DNA of 64,000 nucleotides from Eledone cirrhosa. Its lineage: Eukaryota. The DNA lies in NCBI GenBank assembly GCA_964016885.1, contig OZ024741.1, positions 99,820,001 through 99,884,000 on the forward strand. Direction: 5' to 3'. The notes beneath the pieces were generated by a model. That model searched no databases, was not told where the DNA came from, and saw only the letters and a program-made list of their open reading frames with translations. Made by a program: the position numbers and the translations under genes. This document shows, in pieces, positions 25,095-39,749 of the stretch; the first letter of the stretch is position 1; every line of letters starts with the position of its first letter.

Positions 25095-26830
25095 AGAGGT
25101 TATATTTAATTTTTTGGGGATGCAACAAGCTTAACACATGTTTATAACTGATATAAAGCACTCAACAGATTAGTGGAGTAAATACACAATATATTAATAA
25201 ATGGAAACTATATTTATAAAACCAAATTTATTTTATTATACATATTTCACAGGCCACCAAGGCAAATTATGGTCCGATTTCATCAGATAAAATACAGATT
25301 TGTTTTATAAATAAATATTGACATACCCGGAAAAAAAGACAACCTTAACGGTTGGAGCTTCCTCGATACTGGAGATATTACATTTATTGAAGTTGATAGA
25401 AAATTATGATTGAGTATGCAAATGAGTGTCCGAAAGGTTGAAAAGATAACGGTTTATTATTAAACTGTTGGAATGTTAGGGAGAGAGAAAAAAGAAAGAA
25501 AGAAGAAAGAAATGAGAAAGATAGGAGAGGAAAGAAAGAACGATTATGTATATTTTGACAGTGAAAATAGCGTGCATGAAGAGAAGAGCGTAGGTATATT
25601 TAAGTGAGAGAAGAGCTGAGTCTCAAACGATAAATACAGCGTAAGTATATTTACGTGAGAGAAGAAATGAAGAAAAGAAGAAATGAGAATAGTGTGGATG
25701 AATAATATTTATAATGCAGGATTCATTATGTTTTGATTATAATATTTATAATGATAGGTTGAAAAATTAGATTAAAATTAAAATTAAAAATTAAAAAATT
25801 AGAAATCAAAATTAAAATTTACCTTAATATTAAAGATTTAATTTAATAATGTAATAATTAGTTTAAATGTGTATGTTAAGGATTATAAATTATTTAAATA
25901 AATATATATTATTTTACATTAGAGCAAATCTAGTATAGTTTATTTTATTAAAAGTTGTAAGTCAAAAATTTTAAACATCCAAATAATTCTAAATTTATGG
26001 AAAATTTTCGAGAGTTTACAAAATAATAACCACTTAGTTATATTATAAAAACAGTAAGGAAGCGTAAAGGAAGTTATAAGTGATTTTTTAAGAACTCAGA
26101 TGACTCTAAGGATTAAATGCTATAAAGTTAAGAAGTTAACATTTTCTATCTTAAGAATATAATTAAGACATGAACCATATGTTATTTTATACGAAGTCAT
26201 AAATTTACTTGCTATAAAGAATTTATCTTAAGAATATATTTAAAGCATAAACCATGGGTTACTCCACATATATATAAAAAATCATATGTTTTTCCGCATA
26301 TATAAAAACATTTGGATATATATAATATATTATTAAAAACGTTTGAAAATATAAGAATATTACAATATAAAAATATTGGAAGGTATAAAAATAATGGTTG
26401 TTCTATATCTTTTAAAGGAATTTTCAAAAGATTTTCTTAAAACCTTCCGTAAGTTTTTCAAGAAAAAATGTTCCTTAAAGTAAAGGTGTTTCAAGCAGTC
26501 ATATAGAGGAATTTTATAATCTATCGATAGGTGTAATAATATATATGTGATGTAGAGATAATAGAAAGTAAATTCAGTATATGAATCATATATAGATATA
26601 GAAGACATTATGTAAAAGAGATAAATCGTATTTTATATATATATTTAGAAGTTGAATTTAAACGATGTTTGCAGGAACTAAATAAATTATTCCGCAAATT
26701 AATAGAGTTCTTACTTTTTAGTAAAAAGAATATTTCTTCGAGACAAAGGGAACAATTTTGGTGGCCCTTGAAATATGTATAATGAAATAAATATGGTTTT
26801 ATAAATATAGATTCTATTTATTAATATATG
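25095..26830. mobile_element. Family C element with inverted ends and decayed AT-rich interior
   Basis: 25190-25265 is inverted against 26755-26825; HHR remnant on minus at ~25240-25295. Confidence 0.6.
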
Positions 26831-26925
<95 letters not shown>

Positions 26926-27024
26926 CAGGGAGTGTAACGTGAAGTTACTGTAGGTTCACCCAGGTGAGCTCTCGATGTTTAGGTTCACGTCAGTGGCGAG
27001 GTGTAGAGCTAGAGACAGTGTAAT

Positions 27025-27239
27025 TACAAGGATGATTTGTTAAGCTTCATTACGTTTAATGATTGGTGACGTGCGTTTCGCTATTAATCAGCTCAAGGTT
27101 CGATCTGTAACGATCTGGCCCGACTCTGCGGTATTGATAGCAGAGGCCCGACGAGCTTTCGATTCCATAGACGGGCCAGATCGATGCAGATCGAATCTTG
27201 AGCCGATCAATAGCGTAATGAAGGCTTAACAAATCGTCC

Positions 27240-27245
<6 letters not shown>
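27025..27245. repeat. Imperfect rod-like fold-back
   Basis: 27025-27053 pairs with 27214-27243; 27080-27125 pairs with 27168-27214. Confidence 0.8.
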
Positions 27246-27332
<87 letters not shown>

Positions 27333-27361
27333 AAAAATAGAGGCGTAACACACGAGTTGTG

Positions 27362-27740
27362 ATATATTAGTAAAAGGAAAAGAAAATGCTGACACATTTT
27401 TCCCAGTGAAAAATAGTTTAATTAGGAATAAGTATAAATTAGTAAAAAGTATTGGTGAATATTCAGTTTTAGTTAAAATTTTTTACCGGTTGCGCATTTC
27501 TGATGCTTTTCAAAAATAATATTGAGATAGAGCGCTCGTGATGTTTGCTCTAATCAGATTAGAGCAAACATCACGAACGCTCTATCTCAAAATTATTTTT
27601 GAAAAGCATTAGAAATGCGCAACCGGTATAAACTTAAAACTAAAACTGAATACTAACCAATACTTTTACTAATTTATACTTATTCCTAATTAAACTATTT
27701 TTCACTGGGAAACATTTGTCAGCATTTTCTTTTCCTTTTA

Positions 27741-27748
<8 letters not shown>
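27362..27748. repeat. ~190-bp-arm palindrome with decayed UUGAAAA-type HHR
   Basis: Centre 27556; TTGAAAA-GCATT-AGA-AATGC-GCAA-CCGG-TA in the right arm. Confidence 0.85.
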
Positions 27749-27773
<25 letters not shown>

Positions 27774-27779
<6 letters not shown>

Positions 27780-28592
27780 GGAAAAACTGAAACGAAATTT
27801 CATTTCTCACTTTTAGTACGGCTGTTACTTAAATATAAGTATCTATACGTAAATACATATATGTATACTGACGTACAGTAGTATGTATATATATATATAT
27901 ATACATATATGCACACATATATATATATATGTACGTATGGATTCACCGAACATTTATTATAATGCTCGGTGTGTTTGTAAACAAACATCCCGAATTAAGC
28001 CGTACAGTGTCTAGCAACCATCGTTGCTCATTTGTTCAACACTGACACACGAACGCTGTACTAGTTTCAAGCTTATTAGCTATCGTCAGCAACGTATACC
28101 TTCTTGCCACATGATTGAACGTCTGAAAGTATATACTTTCCTTATGCATATTAAAGGCTTATCGTTTCGGTGCGCCCGGCCGATTAACTCACTCGATATG
28201 TAAATTAGGCTGCTCAGCCGTTAATATGCATAAGGAAAGTATATACTTTCAGACGTTCAATCATCTGGCAGGAAGGTATACGTTGCTGACGATAGCTAAT
28301 AAGCTTGAAACTAGTACAGCGTTCCTTTGTCAGTGTTGAACAAATGAGCATCGATGGTTGCTAGACACTGTACGGCTTAATTCGGGATGTTTGTTTACAA
28401 ACTCACCGAGCATTATAATAAATGTTCGGTGAATCCATACGTACATATATATATATGTGTGCATGTATGTATATATATATACATACTACTGTACGTCTGT
28501 ATACATATATGTATGTACGTATACATACTTATATTTAAGTAACAGCCGTACTAAGAGTGAGAAATGAAATTTCGTTTCATTTTTTCCGTTTA
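27774..28592. mobile_element. ~380-bp-arm fold-back with an HHR in each arm
   Basis: Arms nearly complementary; (TA)n on both sides. Confidence 0.88.
28280..28322 (+). ncRNA. Minimal hammerhead ribozyme (mirror copy 28053-28095, minus)
   Basis: ACGTTG-CTGACGA-TAGCTAATAAGCTT-GAAA-CTAG-TA-CAGCGT; cleavage predicted after 28316. Confidence 0.85.
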
Positions 28593-29269
28593 TATATATA
28601 TGAATAAAGTTAGTCCTTCATCAGTGATCTTCCAACCTTCATTGGTATTTCATCGCTTTAAAGACCATATACCTCCGGTTGGTGCGAGCAACGTCTAAAG
28701 AAAGTCGTTGGGACACGTAAATAAGGGGAACGAGCGAAACTATAAACAAAGATGGTAATGCAACGGAGAGTGAGGAAGAAAGAGCCAAGTCCCAGATTTC
28801 CATGAATATATGTTCGGTGAAATCGTGAAGGAGAGAGAATAAAGACCATCAAACCTAGTCGAAATGTGAGCAAGGAAGGAATTCCGCACAGGTCAAACGG
28901 GAGGAAGAAGGAGTCTAGTCCCTGAATTCGGTGAACATAAGTTCTGTGAAATCGTAGACAAGAGAGAAAATGTATGTATATATATATATGTATATAGATG
29001 TATATATGTGTATATATATATATAAATATGTATATATATATTATGTGAGTGTGTGTCTGTGTGTGTCCGTGTGTGTGTGAGGGGAAACCGAAAACAATGC
29101 GCTTCAGTACGAAAATTATTAAGAATTAGTAAGCAAGTGAAAAAGTGTTTCAGAATTTCATGTAGGAAGAATTTAATATATGCGACCTCTCTCCATGTGT
29201 ATCACTTAGAACATGCAAAACACATTAATGTACAAAAAAACAACAACAACAACATATAATGTGTGCATG

Positions 29270-29645
29270 ATGGCCATGTGAATGATGATAAATGATGATC
29301 ATCATCATGGTGAACATGATGCAGAGGAGGACTTTTCGGTTGAGGAAACTGGATCCTAGGTAATTGTGATGATAACGATGATGACGATGATGATAATGAT
29401 AATGATGATGATGGTGATAATAGTTACGATGACGACGCTGATGATGATAATGATGATGATAATCGTTACAATCACGATGATGATGATGATGATAATCGTG
29501 TTGAACTTGGTGATGATCATGATGTCATTGATGATGATGACGACGATGATGATGAGGATAATGGTGGTGAAGTTGGTGATGATCATGATGTCAATGATGA
29601 TGATGACGACGATGATGATGATTATGATGACTATGATATTAGGAT
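29270..29645. repeat. Degenerate (GAT)n microsatellite
   Basis: Direct reading. Confidence 0.9.
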
Positions 29646-31389
29646 AAGAAAATTTGATAGAATCAATAAGCTTTTCATCTATAAACTTTTTCTATATAAT
29701 AATGATCAATAATATAAGCTGCGGCTAGAGAAATCGGTCACTTAAAGATGTGACAGAAGCGTGTGTGGAAATTATTTAAGACTTCCTCGTTACACTGCAG
29801 GATATGCCAAAGATCAGTGAAGCTTGTAACGATCAATGACAAATGGTATCGTTTGATCTTGATGGCAGGAACCAAGTAGCAAATATAGCGGTAATAAAAT
29901 TGCAAAATATTCTTTCGGTGTGAAGAACACTAGTTTGAAGAAAAGTATCTGCTTACCTGTGTGCGTGTGTGTATATGTGTGTGTGTGTATGTGTGTGTAC
30001 GTGTATGTGTGTGTGAGTGAGTGTATTTCTATGTGTGTGTATGTGTTTGAGTGAATGTATATGTGTCCATGTGTGTGTGTGTGTATGTGTGAGAGTGAGT
30101 GTGTGTGTGCCTCTGTGGGTATACGTATGTGAATATAGGTAAAATGCCTTCAAGGTAGTTGGATATTTACTCATAGCATATTGGACGGAAATATATCGGA
30201 AATGATATTAATGTTTTTTTATGTAACTATTTCTTTGCAAAAATATTTATGTCACATGATAGTTAGCGATATCCTGAAAAGTTCTTGGAATACATGAAAC
30301 CTGTTCATCGTGGCAAATAAATCAATGAAAAATAAAATAGTGTCGCGTGACAGGTGTTGCACAAAATGATCATGTATCATGTATCTTACGCGCAGAACCT
30401 ACTTATAACAGACACAATTTAATGTGACATGTGATCGAATATTCATTCTTACGGTATATGTTGTAGAATATGGTCTTTCGATGAGCGATAAAGTGACAGA
30501 TATAATACTACGAAAGATTGATGTACTTTAATAGATAATGGAATATATGATCACGCGCTAAACTAGATGGTTCGATAACACATGTATACCCGCTAACTTA
30601 TGGAGTGAAATGATATAAATAACGAGGCAGTTGGAGTTTCTAAAATATGTTTCACATTATATTCATAATATAAGAGCCTGGATATCGTAACTTAGTAAAT
30701 TTTAATTTTAAGATCATCTACGATTGCCGTTATTGCATCATGCTCAATAAATGAGGGCGTTTTAGCTGATTCACACATTCAAAGAGAGGCAGCTGATAGA
30801 AAGTTTATCACATACAAAAATATTTCTCTATTTACTTTCAATTCTGATTTCAAATCCCGTCAAAGTGTCTCTTGTATACTGAAGTCGACCCCCACGAGCC
30901 CATTGCACTTTATTTGAATTGGATTTAGTTATAAAAATCTTCAGACAAGCTATACCCGTCATCTCTCGGGGATTCACTATAAATATGTGACGTTTCAGAT
31001 CATGCGAATGCAATGTATTAGCGGTAAAACATTTTAACACAAATGGAAAACTGGTTGCGTTTTCATTGTATATTTAGTCTATGATGATTTGTGAATGAAA
31101 GATATTTAAAATTTGTCAATAGAAGTGGCCCACTACCCGTAATATTTTGACAATTTCCACCCTGGTTAGATTAATGCTGCCAATGTCAATTTATAATATT
31201 TTCTATCAACGCCCACAAGAAATGTATACGGGTGTAAAGGGAAGTGACATGTTGGGTCTGAGTGATTATAATCGAGTGAAATCCACTAAAAACAATCAAA
31301 GACAGGATGGTGATGTATCACCGGGTGGTATGATAAGATTAAAAACACAAAAAACAACTGACATCACTGACATTATTTATGCAGCAGAT

Positions 31390-31570
31390 GGTGGTGTTTT
31401 GGCAGTATCGGTAGAGGGTCGGACAATATGCTTTGTAGCACAGAGTTACGCCCCTTTCTGATCTGAGTTCAAATCCTGCCGAGGTTAACTTTGCCTTTCA
31501 TCGATAAAATAAAGTACCAGTAATGCACTGATAATTGCTGGCCTTGTGCCAAGAGTAGAAACAATTATTT
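31390..31570 (+). mobile_element. tRNA/Nin SINE
   Basis: Same head, core (partly deleted) and tail. Confidence 0.8.
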
Positions 31571-32760
31571 ATGACGCAGATATATAAATCGAGATAAAAA
31601 ACAACAACCTTTAAAACAGTTTCATGAAGCAGACACACATCGTTATCATGCTTTTTGGCATAGCATATTCGCCTACACTTCACTTCTATAAATATATTCT
31701 TTATTTTTAGTTTACATTGAAGTTGTTTAAAGAAACATTTAAGCATCATTTAGTTTTCAATTCAAATGACAATATGTTCCACAGGAAACAACAAATATTT
31801 CTAACAAGTTAAACACCATCATAATTAGATTTAGCTACGAATATTACAATAAATCTAATGATGAGACGTTAAAAAACATCTTGAACATTACTTATAAATA
31901 TGAAACAACAGATATTTACTTCCTGAGAAAATGATAACCAAGGTTACGTTAAATGTATTAACCGAGGCTAGAATTCGAATAATGCATTATGAAATTACTA
32001 AATAGTATATGACCTTTTCCTTAATATCTCTTTACATGCTATTCAATTACAGAGGAAAGGTTTTCGGGATTCTGCAAGATTTTCAACATTGAGCTTGAAT
32101 TTAAAAAGTTTCAGACAATTACGACCTCCTATATGCTTCTGATGCTTGATCAAGAATGCACGCTTTGCTCTGTCCATATCATAGTCTTTTGAACATTCTG
32201 TACCTCTCAGCGTATGCACCATGATCATCTCTTGCATATTAGGGTAATGCGTAATTGTGAAGTTAATAAAGTGACACTTCTTAAACATTGGTTGCGTTCA
32301 ACTTGCTTCATGAATGGGCTTCAAATAAAAGTATGTAGTGTTAATGCCCCAAACTTGTGCTGTAATTGTAGACTATTCTATTATATTTTCCCAGGACTAT
32401 GAAAGCTCAAGGAAGACTGAGTGTCAAGAACAGCTCAAACGATTATGTTACAATGACAAAGAAGTGTGACCCATTCAACCCATGAGCCACGCTATACAAC
32501 ATATCTTCCAGGTAGTCATATAACAGCATCAATTCTGCGAAAGGGTTTAGTGCAGGGTCATATTTTCCGATACCCACCAAATGAGTCCTTCAGTTCCATT
32601 ATGCACTCACATGCATCACACGATATCTTTGCTAATAATATAATAATATTCTGATTTTTATCTCCACTATTTTCCCTCCAATGTTTTGGCTTTCGCAGTC
32701 CCAAACGGTATATATTTACTTTCTTCATTTTTCGTTTACCTTCAACAGCGGGCTTCTTTA

Positions 32761-32945
32761 ATAATAATTATTTCTACTTTTGACGCAATTATCCAGTGCA
32801 TTACTGGTACTTTATTTTATAGACCCCGTAAGGATGAAAGGCAAAGTTAAACTCGGCGGGATTTGAACTCAGAATGGCAAGGGGCGTAACTCTATGCGTC
32901 AAAGCATGGCGGCCGACCCTCTACCGATACTGCCAATCCACCGCC
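32761..32945 (-). mobile_element. tRNA/Nin SINE
   Basis: Same family. Confidence 0.85.
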
Positions 32946-33609
32946 ATGGCTTCTTTAATAATAATGGAAAGAATACAGTTGAGTTTTGTATTGTTTATAC
33001 CATTTCCAAAGAAGTACTTAACTGTCAGATCACACACACACATCTTAATAAATAATCTAAGATATTCAAGACATTTAAGTATCGTACAAGCCTTTTGTAT
33101 CATAAGAACAACAGAGCTCATGGCCGATTAAAAAGACATAATTATTTAATTATAAGCCAACCAACGTAAGGGCAGAGGTGTAAAATAAGTAGCTATCCGT
33201 TATCACGTAAGCTACTTGAGTATTTTGTATTTGTTAGATATGATGAGATATTACATAGCGCCATGCTGCATTTTTGCACTTTATATATTGCATAATATCT
33301 CTAGCGGGATCAGGAAAGCTATATATTATTGTCGTAAACGTGACATTTATAACACTGGTCTACATGGAAATTGCTTCGGAGGCTAAACTAGTTGAGCATT
33401 ACTAATTTGGTGGTCCTGAATTCAGAAATTATTCTCATATTTGAAGCTTGGTCTTGTTATCCAAATTTAAATCAAAGGCTGCTTTTCCGTCTTAGATGGA
33501 AACTTTTTGTCATTTTCAAGTACAGCCGCTGAAGACGCATAAATCTAAGCCACTAAACAGACAGTATTTGCAATATTATAGATCTGTGTAATTATCTCTT
33601 CATACTAGT

Positions 33610-34060
33610 GACTCGTAGAATGCGCTTCCGTTGGAGTCGCTCTGCACCTTGCCACACAAATGCCACTGCAATTCCTCTATCACCAGCTTTGGGCTACAAC
33701 CCTCATTCTCTAGTTGCCAGATTCTTGGACATATTCGACACTCAGACAATTTGAATAAGGTTGTAAGCAGGAGGATCAACACAACAGATTTCTAAGTACA
33801 ACTAGAGAAATTTGGTCTTGACCGCGGCGATTCTTAATTCTTTTTCCCTGGCGATGCACCACGTGTCCAAAAATATTCTGGCTGTCAACCTCATGGTTTC
33901 TATCATAAACCAACAATGCTGAGGAGAAAAACAAATTAGCCAAGTACCAGTCACTAACTGACTGACTCATTCTTTCCTCTGTCAACAATGAGTCATCATG
34001 TGTGCTCTATCATACATTCGCCAAATCTGGACGAGATTCATTTCAAAGGAAGGAATTAAT
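33610..34060 (-). pseudogene. Decayed RTE LINE 3' fragment
   Basis: TEERMSQSV..IFGHVVHRQGKR..RRGQ resembles the RTE C-terminus. Confidence 0.45.
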
Positions 34061-34829
34061 TCCATGTGGAGGAATGTATTATGATACTTGGAATTATTGC
34101 TGATATCCCAAACACTCTCTCTCTTGAGAATTAATGGTACATAATATACATTAGCTTAGATATATGAGGGGAGTTAACGAATGTTTAAAAATTAACACAA
34201 GGTAAATATGAATCAGAATTAAGAATTGCGAACCATTGGCAGTAAATCGTGAGACACCAAACAAATGGATTATTAATTTGAAGAAAAATAGAATATGTCT
34301 AACGCGAGTAAGGTGAGTGTGGCTCGTAAGATATAATATATAACACTCATATTGATGTTGTACAAAGTTAGACTCCACATACACCAACTGAAGTTGTATT
34401 TTGCTATGCAGTGTTTAAACAAATATTTTGAAATGCGAAGCATGCGACTAAAGCTGCCTTTCAAATTCTTGTTTGAAAAAAACATTGGTGTATCTCATAG
34501 ACGTAATGACCAGAAATTAAGTGTGATGTTGTCCTTAGATCTGCAGTATATAAAACAGAACCTGCAGAACTGCAGCACGTCTTTTAAGCCAATTTAGACT
34601 GTGTCCTGTAGGAACTACACTTATAAAAGGAAGGAGAAAGGGAGTGTTAATGAGGGTTATATAAAACAGAGAGTTAATAGCCATCACCTACTTAGAGGCA
34701 CACACATGCAGATACATAGACACACACACACACACACACATAGGCATATATGTATATATATATATATATCATATACATATGTGCGTGCGTATGTGTGTGT
34801 GTATATATGTGTGTGTGTGTGTGTGTATG

Positions 34830-34894
<65 letters not shown>

Positions 34895-35033
34895 TTATGT
34901 ATATAATAAGAGACGATAACTATTCTATTCTGAAAAGCATATTGGTATATCGTCTTTCGTGAGCTTTTACCCTTGAGATACACACAGTGCACACACACAT
35001 ATACATACATACATATATATATATATGTATGTA

Positions 35034-35221
35034 TCGACGGCTAATTATATATATATATATGTTTCGACGGCTAATTCTGGACTCAGTCCAGAATTAGCCG
35101 TCGAAACGGCTTGAGCTCAGCCGTCGGGGTCCTACTCGTTCCTATTACCCACTCTACTACCCTAAGTATTGAGTACTTTGGTGCGTTATGGTCCACCTGG
35201 TTCCTTACCACATTTCCTTCG

Positions 35222-35224
<3 letters not shown>
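35034..35224 (+). mobile_element. Family B element with 5' palindrome and half-hammerhead
   Basis: Hairpin 35061-35107, then GAAACGGC-TTGAGCTCA-GCCGTC; (TA)n flanks. Confidence 0.7.
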
Positions 35225-35274
<50 letters not shown>

Positions 35275-35454
35275 TAGGGAGAAAAAGACGATTATTAAGA
35301 AGAAAAAAAAATGTTTTTCCTTTTATTTTTTCTCATTTTTTCTTGGTTAGAAAATGTTTAGAACAAAATATTTTACTTTGTGTGAAGTGTTAAGGTATTA
35401 GTTAATTTAGTTATTAATTAATAATGGCATTTATTTATTTATATATTTAATAAT

Positions 35455-35497
35455 TGTCTATTACCGGTTTCAGCATTTTATGCATTATCAAAGAGCG
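35455..35497 (-). ncRNA. HHR-like motif, U3-A8 variant
   Basis: TTGATAA-TGCATAAAATGCT-GAAA-CCGG-TA; stem I weak. Confidence 0.5.
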
Positions 35498-35498
35498 A

Positions 35499-35620
<122 letters not shown>

Positions 35621-37773
35621 AATATGTATATATATATATAAATATGTATATATATATGTATATATATATATAAATATGTACATAGATACGTAAATACACT
35701 GCCATAGGCACACACCCGCACATACACACACACATATATAGGGGGAGCTGTGTCTATATATGTGTGCGTATGTGAATGTTCATCACATCAACATTATATT
35801 ATATTTTATTACATTGTATTATACCATATTATATAACACTATATAGTTGTTTCATTTAATATAAACGAACAGAAAAGGAAGAAAAAAGATAAAATGAAAG
35901 AAAGAAAGGAAAATATGGAACAGAACGCGCCAAGTCGAACGAATTGTTTATTACGTTCAGTAGATCGCTTGCTTACAAAGCAGGAAGTATATTTATGTAT
36001 ATATTGATTCGTCTGTATTAAACGTTGAATATAATAAAATATAAAAATAAAATAGATAAAGGAATATTGGAAATAATCAATAATTACATTCACAGTAGAA
36101 GTAAGAAAATGTTATTTAAGCTTCCGAAACATTCGGAATATTTTGGCAGATATTATATTAGACTTCCTGAAGAAAGCACCAGTTATGCCTACTAATATTA
36201 CTCTATATAGCTGAATCTGAGATCTTCACATTACACATCTTTCTCTTTGTCTACTAAGATAGGATTAATGTGTATTTATCTGTGTGGGGGCCCTTGTTTA
36301 TGACATTGTATGTGTCTTTGTAAGCGTATATCTTTGTTTGATTGCGTATATATTCTTAATGTGTGTATACTACTTTTGAAAATAACGTAGAACAATTGTA
36401 AAAAATTATTGGCAAATATGAAGAAAATAATAAGGTAAGAAATCATAAATATTCCCATACATCAGCAGCCAAGAAGACACAACGTATTCTTTAGTTTTGA
36501 TTTACTTCTCTTATTATTCCCAAGTGAGATATATCTTAATAGCATTCTTATATAAAAGATGTATAGTCCATTGGCGCTAGGTTAAAGATGTAAGATAGAG
36601 AGCTTTGTTTGTAATAAAAAAGTATATATTTTTTATTACTCTTACATTAAGCTAAGCTTCGAAAAGTTTTTTTTATTCCTCATAGAGATGTTGTCTGTTA
36701 AACAATAGCCGAAGAGTGTTCGTTTCTATAAACACCGATTTGATCAGACTTTGTTCATTTTTTCCAAGCATTCCACATTTAATTTTGAAATTGAACTGAT
36801 ATAGATGAGAAAATCTCTTTTTATTTTCAGTATTTTCCTATCTAAGGCACTTACAGCCAATTCTTAATTGCATCTAACAATTTATATTTACACTGTTTAT
36901 ATGCAGAAATAGCACATTGAAATCAATTAGTGTTTCTTTAAAATTAAAATCCGACACCCATGGTCTGCATCAGCAATAATTCATTTCCTCTACAGTTATT
37001 TCTGAGAATCTTTTCGGCCATTTATGTGCGACAAAGTTTCAGACGCTTTCGTTTTGTATTTTACTAGCTAACAGTCCGTCATCTGAAACATACAGAGTCA
37101 AACTTTGCATCCTGTATAAATAAATATAAAAAAAAATAAATCTAGATTGATTTTGTTTACTTGAATTTCATCGATTCGTAAATATCGATTCATGGAAATC
37201 TAATTCATTGTCATCTTTTATATTTATTTGTGTCTAAATTTTCGTCAAACACTTGCGATGTTCTCACTTACAACATTCAACTGCAATGATGCTGTGTAAA
37301 TACCAATGCCTTAGGGATGATCCGAAAGCGGTTTAATCCTGAAATATGAAAAGCGAGAGCTTATTTAATAATTTACCTTTAAGGGTTAAATCGACCTTCT
37401 AGGAATAAATTGTTTCATTTTCAACAAACTTCATAGAGCAAATATGTCACCAACATGAACTCGTTTGAAATAAATCATATTGGCTGACTTGCAACTATTT
37501 TAGGACACATTTTTAATATTTGAGTGGATAGAACGACAACTGGTTCTAATGACTCTTGGCAGTCATAACATAAAAGCGGAGATTCTAAGTGCCAATCAAA
37601 TTTAACATAGTGAAATATATTTTGTTCAACTATAATATGTATAAAATTGTATATATATTTTCTAATTATTTCTGTACACTCGCAAACTAATCCCATATAT
37701 ATAGAGAAATGGGTGGGCTCCACCAGGTTTAAAATGCCCAAGTAACGGCGTATGCCACGACGGTGTGGTTCTC

Positions 37774-37879
<106 letters not shown>

Positions 37880-37899
37880 TCTCTCTCATATATATATAT

Positions 37900-38070
37900 A
37901 ACGAAGGAGGTGTTGTAAGGAACTAGATGGACCATAACGCACCAGAGTATGCAATACTTAGGGTAATAAAGTGGGTAATAGTAAAATGTTTAACCCCGAC
38001 GGCAAAGCCCCAGCCGTTTCGACGGCTAGAAACGGCATGAGCTATGCCGTCGGGTTGAAAATTGTCCTAT
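37900..38070. mobile_element. Family B fold-back
   Basis: CCCGACGGC..GCCGTTTC is inverted against GAAACGGC..GCCGTCGGG. Confidence 0.7.
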
Positions 38071-38093
38071 ATATATATATTTTAATATAGATG

Positions 38094-38144
38094 AGATTCT
38101 ACAGGACTAGAACTGTTTCATTCTTTAGAAATCATCAGGAATCT
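38094..38144 (-). ncRNA. Type I hammerhead ribozyme
   Basis: AGATTC-CTGATGA-TTTCTAAAGAAT-GAA-ACAG..CTGT-A-GAATCT. Confidence 0.85.
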
Positions 38145-38652
38145 GGGTATCAAAAAATAAATATGGTATTTATAGGTCTCTTCAGGTGATAGGAGAGGGT
38201 AGGGAGTGGGATGGGTAGAGGTCATTGGTTGATATAACAGGGAATTCATGAAAAGCTAATTCTTTAAAGCTATAATTTATATTTAGAGTAACAAAGGCAG
38301 AAAGAATTCTATAAACAAGTTCAGAATGGGGTGCCACTCCTTATTTTGAAGTTTCTATTCAGCTAACAATGCTTATATTTCAGGTGTCTATAAGATCGTT
38401 GGGGGCTCAGTCATGGTTGATGGATTTAAAGAAAAGGGAAAATCTTTAAAAGCTAATTCTTTAAGGTTCTACTTAGAGTGACAAAGGCCTAGAGAATTCT
38501 ATAGACCAGTTCAAAATATTGAGTGCCTATCATAGCATTATCTTCAAGATTCTCTTTAGCTATATTCCAAATGTCAACAGACACATTCACAAACACATAC
38601 ACTCAAACACACAAACGCGCACCCTCCCACATACATAGTGTAAACTCTAAGT

Positions 38653-38707
<55 letters not shown>

Positions 38708-38711
<4 letters not shown>

Positions 38712-38990
38712 AAAGTTTTATTTAAATTGTTGGGATACAACAAGTAAATATTTTTATAACTGATATAAAGCACTCGACAAATATTTGGAGTAGATATACG
38801 ATATTAATAAATGGAAACTATATTTATAAAACCATATTTATTTCATTATATATATTTCAAGGATACCAAGTTACATTATGGTATGCCTTCATCAGACAAA
38901 ATACCAATATATAACAGTTTTATAAATAGACATTGACGTACCCCTTTAAAAATTGACTGTTGTTTTTGGAGGCCATCAGGATAGTGATTT
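38708..38990 (-). mobile_element. Family C pLTR-like segment with HHR (~38845-38903)
   Basis: CTGATGA-AGGCATACCA..TGGTATCCTT-GAAA-TATATA; lies 3' of the Penelope ORF. Confidence 0.7.
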
Positions 38991-39749
38991 GTTTACTTTA
39001 GTAAGTCATAGTGTTAAGAGTAAGTAAAAAGATGGAGAGAGAGAGAGAAACGTGGAGAAAAGAAAGGGAGAGATATATAAAGAAAAAGAAGAAAGCAAAA
39101 AGAAAAGAGAACAGAGGAAATATAACGGGGAGATATCAAACCATCAGACAGAGAAAAAAAAAAAATATATATATATATATATAAACAAAAAAGAGATATA
39201 GGACGAAGGTAAACAGTTACAAAAGGATTTAATCCACGTATTAACAATTGTTTCATCAGAATTTCAGTCCATTATAGCTACACTATGTCATAAGGCAATC
39301 AACAAAGATACTGTGACATCCGAATTTTCAACACACATAGTTGAGATGACCTTAGGAAATGAAATAAGGGGTAGTAATGTAAGATAGAGGAACAGAGAGA
39401 GAGAGGGGCAAAAGAGAGGGAGAGAGAGAGAGAGAAAAGGGACGGAGGTAGGGAGAGAAAGAGAAAGAGATAGGGTGGTGTGAGAGGATTTGTATAGAAT
39501 ATAGTTAAGTTACAAGAAGGGAGGGGAGAAGGATTGTGTGCTAAAAGTTGTGATGAGTAGATGGAGAGATAAGGAAGATAGAATTTTAAGTGGCAGTTGG
39601 TAGTGGACAGGCAAAAGTTTTACCAGAGAATAGATGAAGGAAGAAAGTATTAAATTTCATATAGAGCCTATTTTTAGGAGTGTAAAATTGTTATTTAGGG
39701 TAGAAAAGTAGTGTTAAGATTTAGTTAAAGGTTTGAAGTGTGAGAATTT

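Noticed and set aside
27362-28592. Palindromes as amplification or assembly chimeras
   Set aside because: Arms carry independent substitutions and indels, implying age; long reads would still be the decisive check.
29356-29647. Met/Ile-rich ORFs (reflectin-like or membrane protein)
   Set aside because: Degenerate (GAT)n repeat; no reflectin motif.
36400-37560. Possible THAP/P-element remnant (similarly hAT-like at ~18900-19110)
   Set aside because: Only faint motif resemblance; not supportable without an HMM search.
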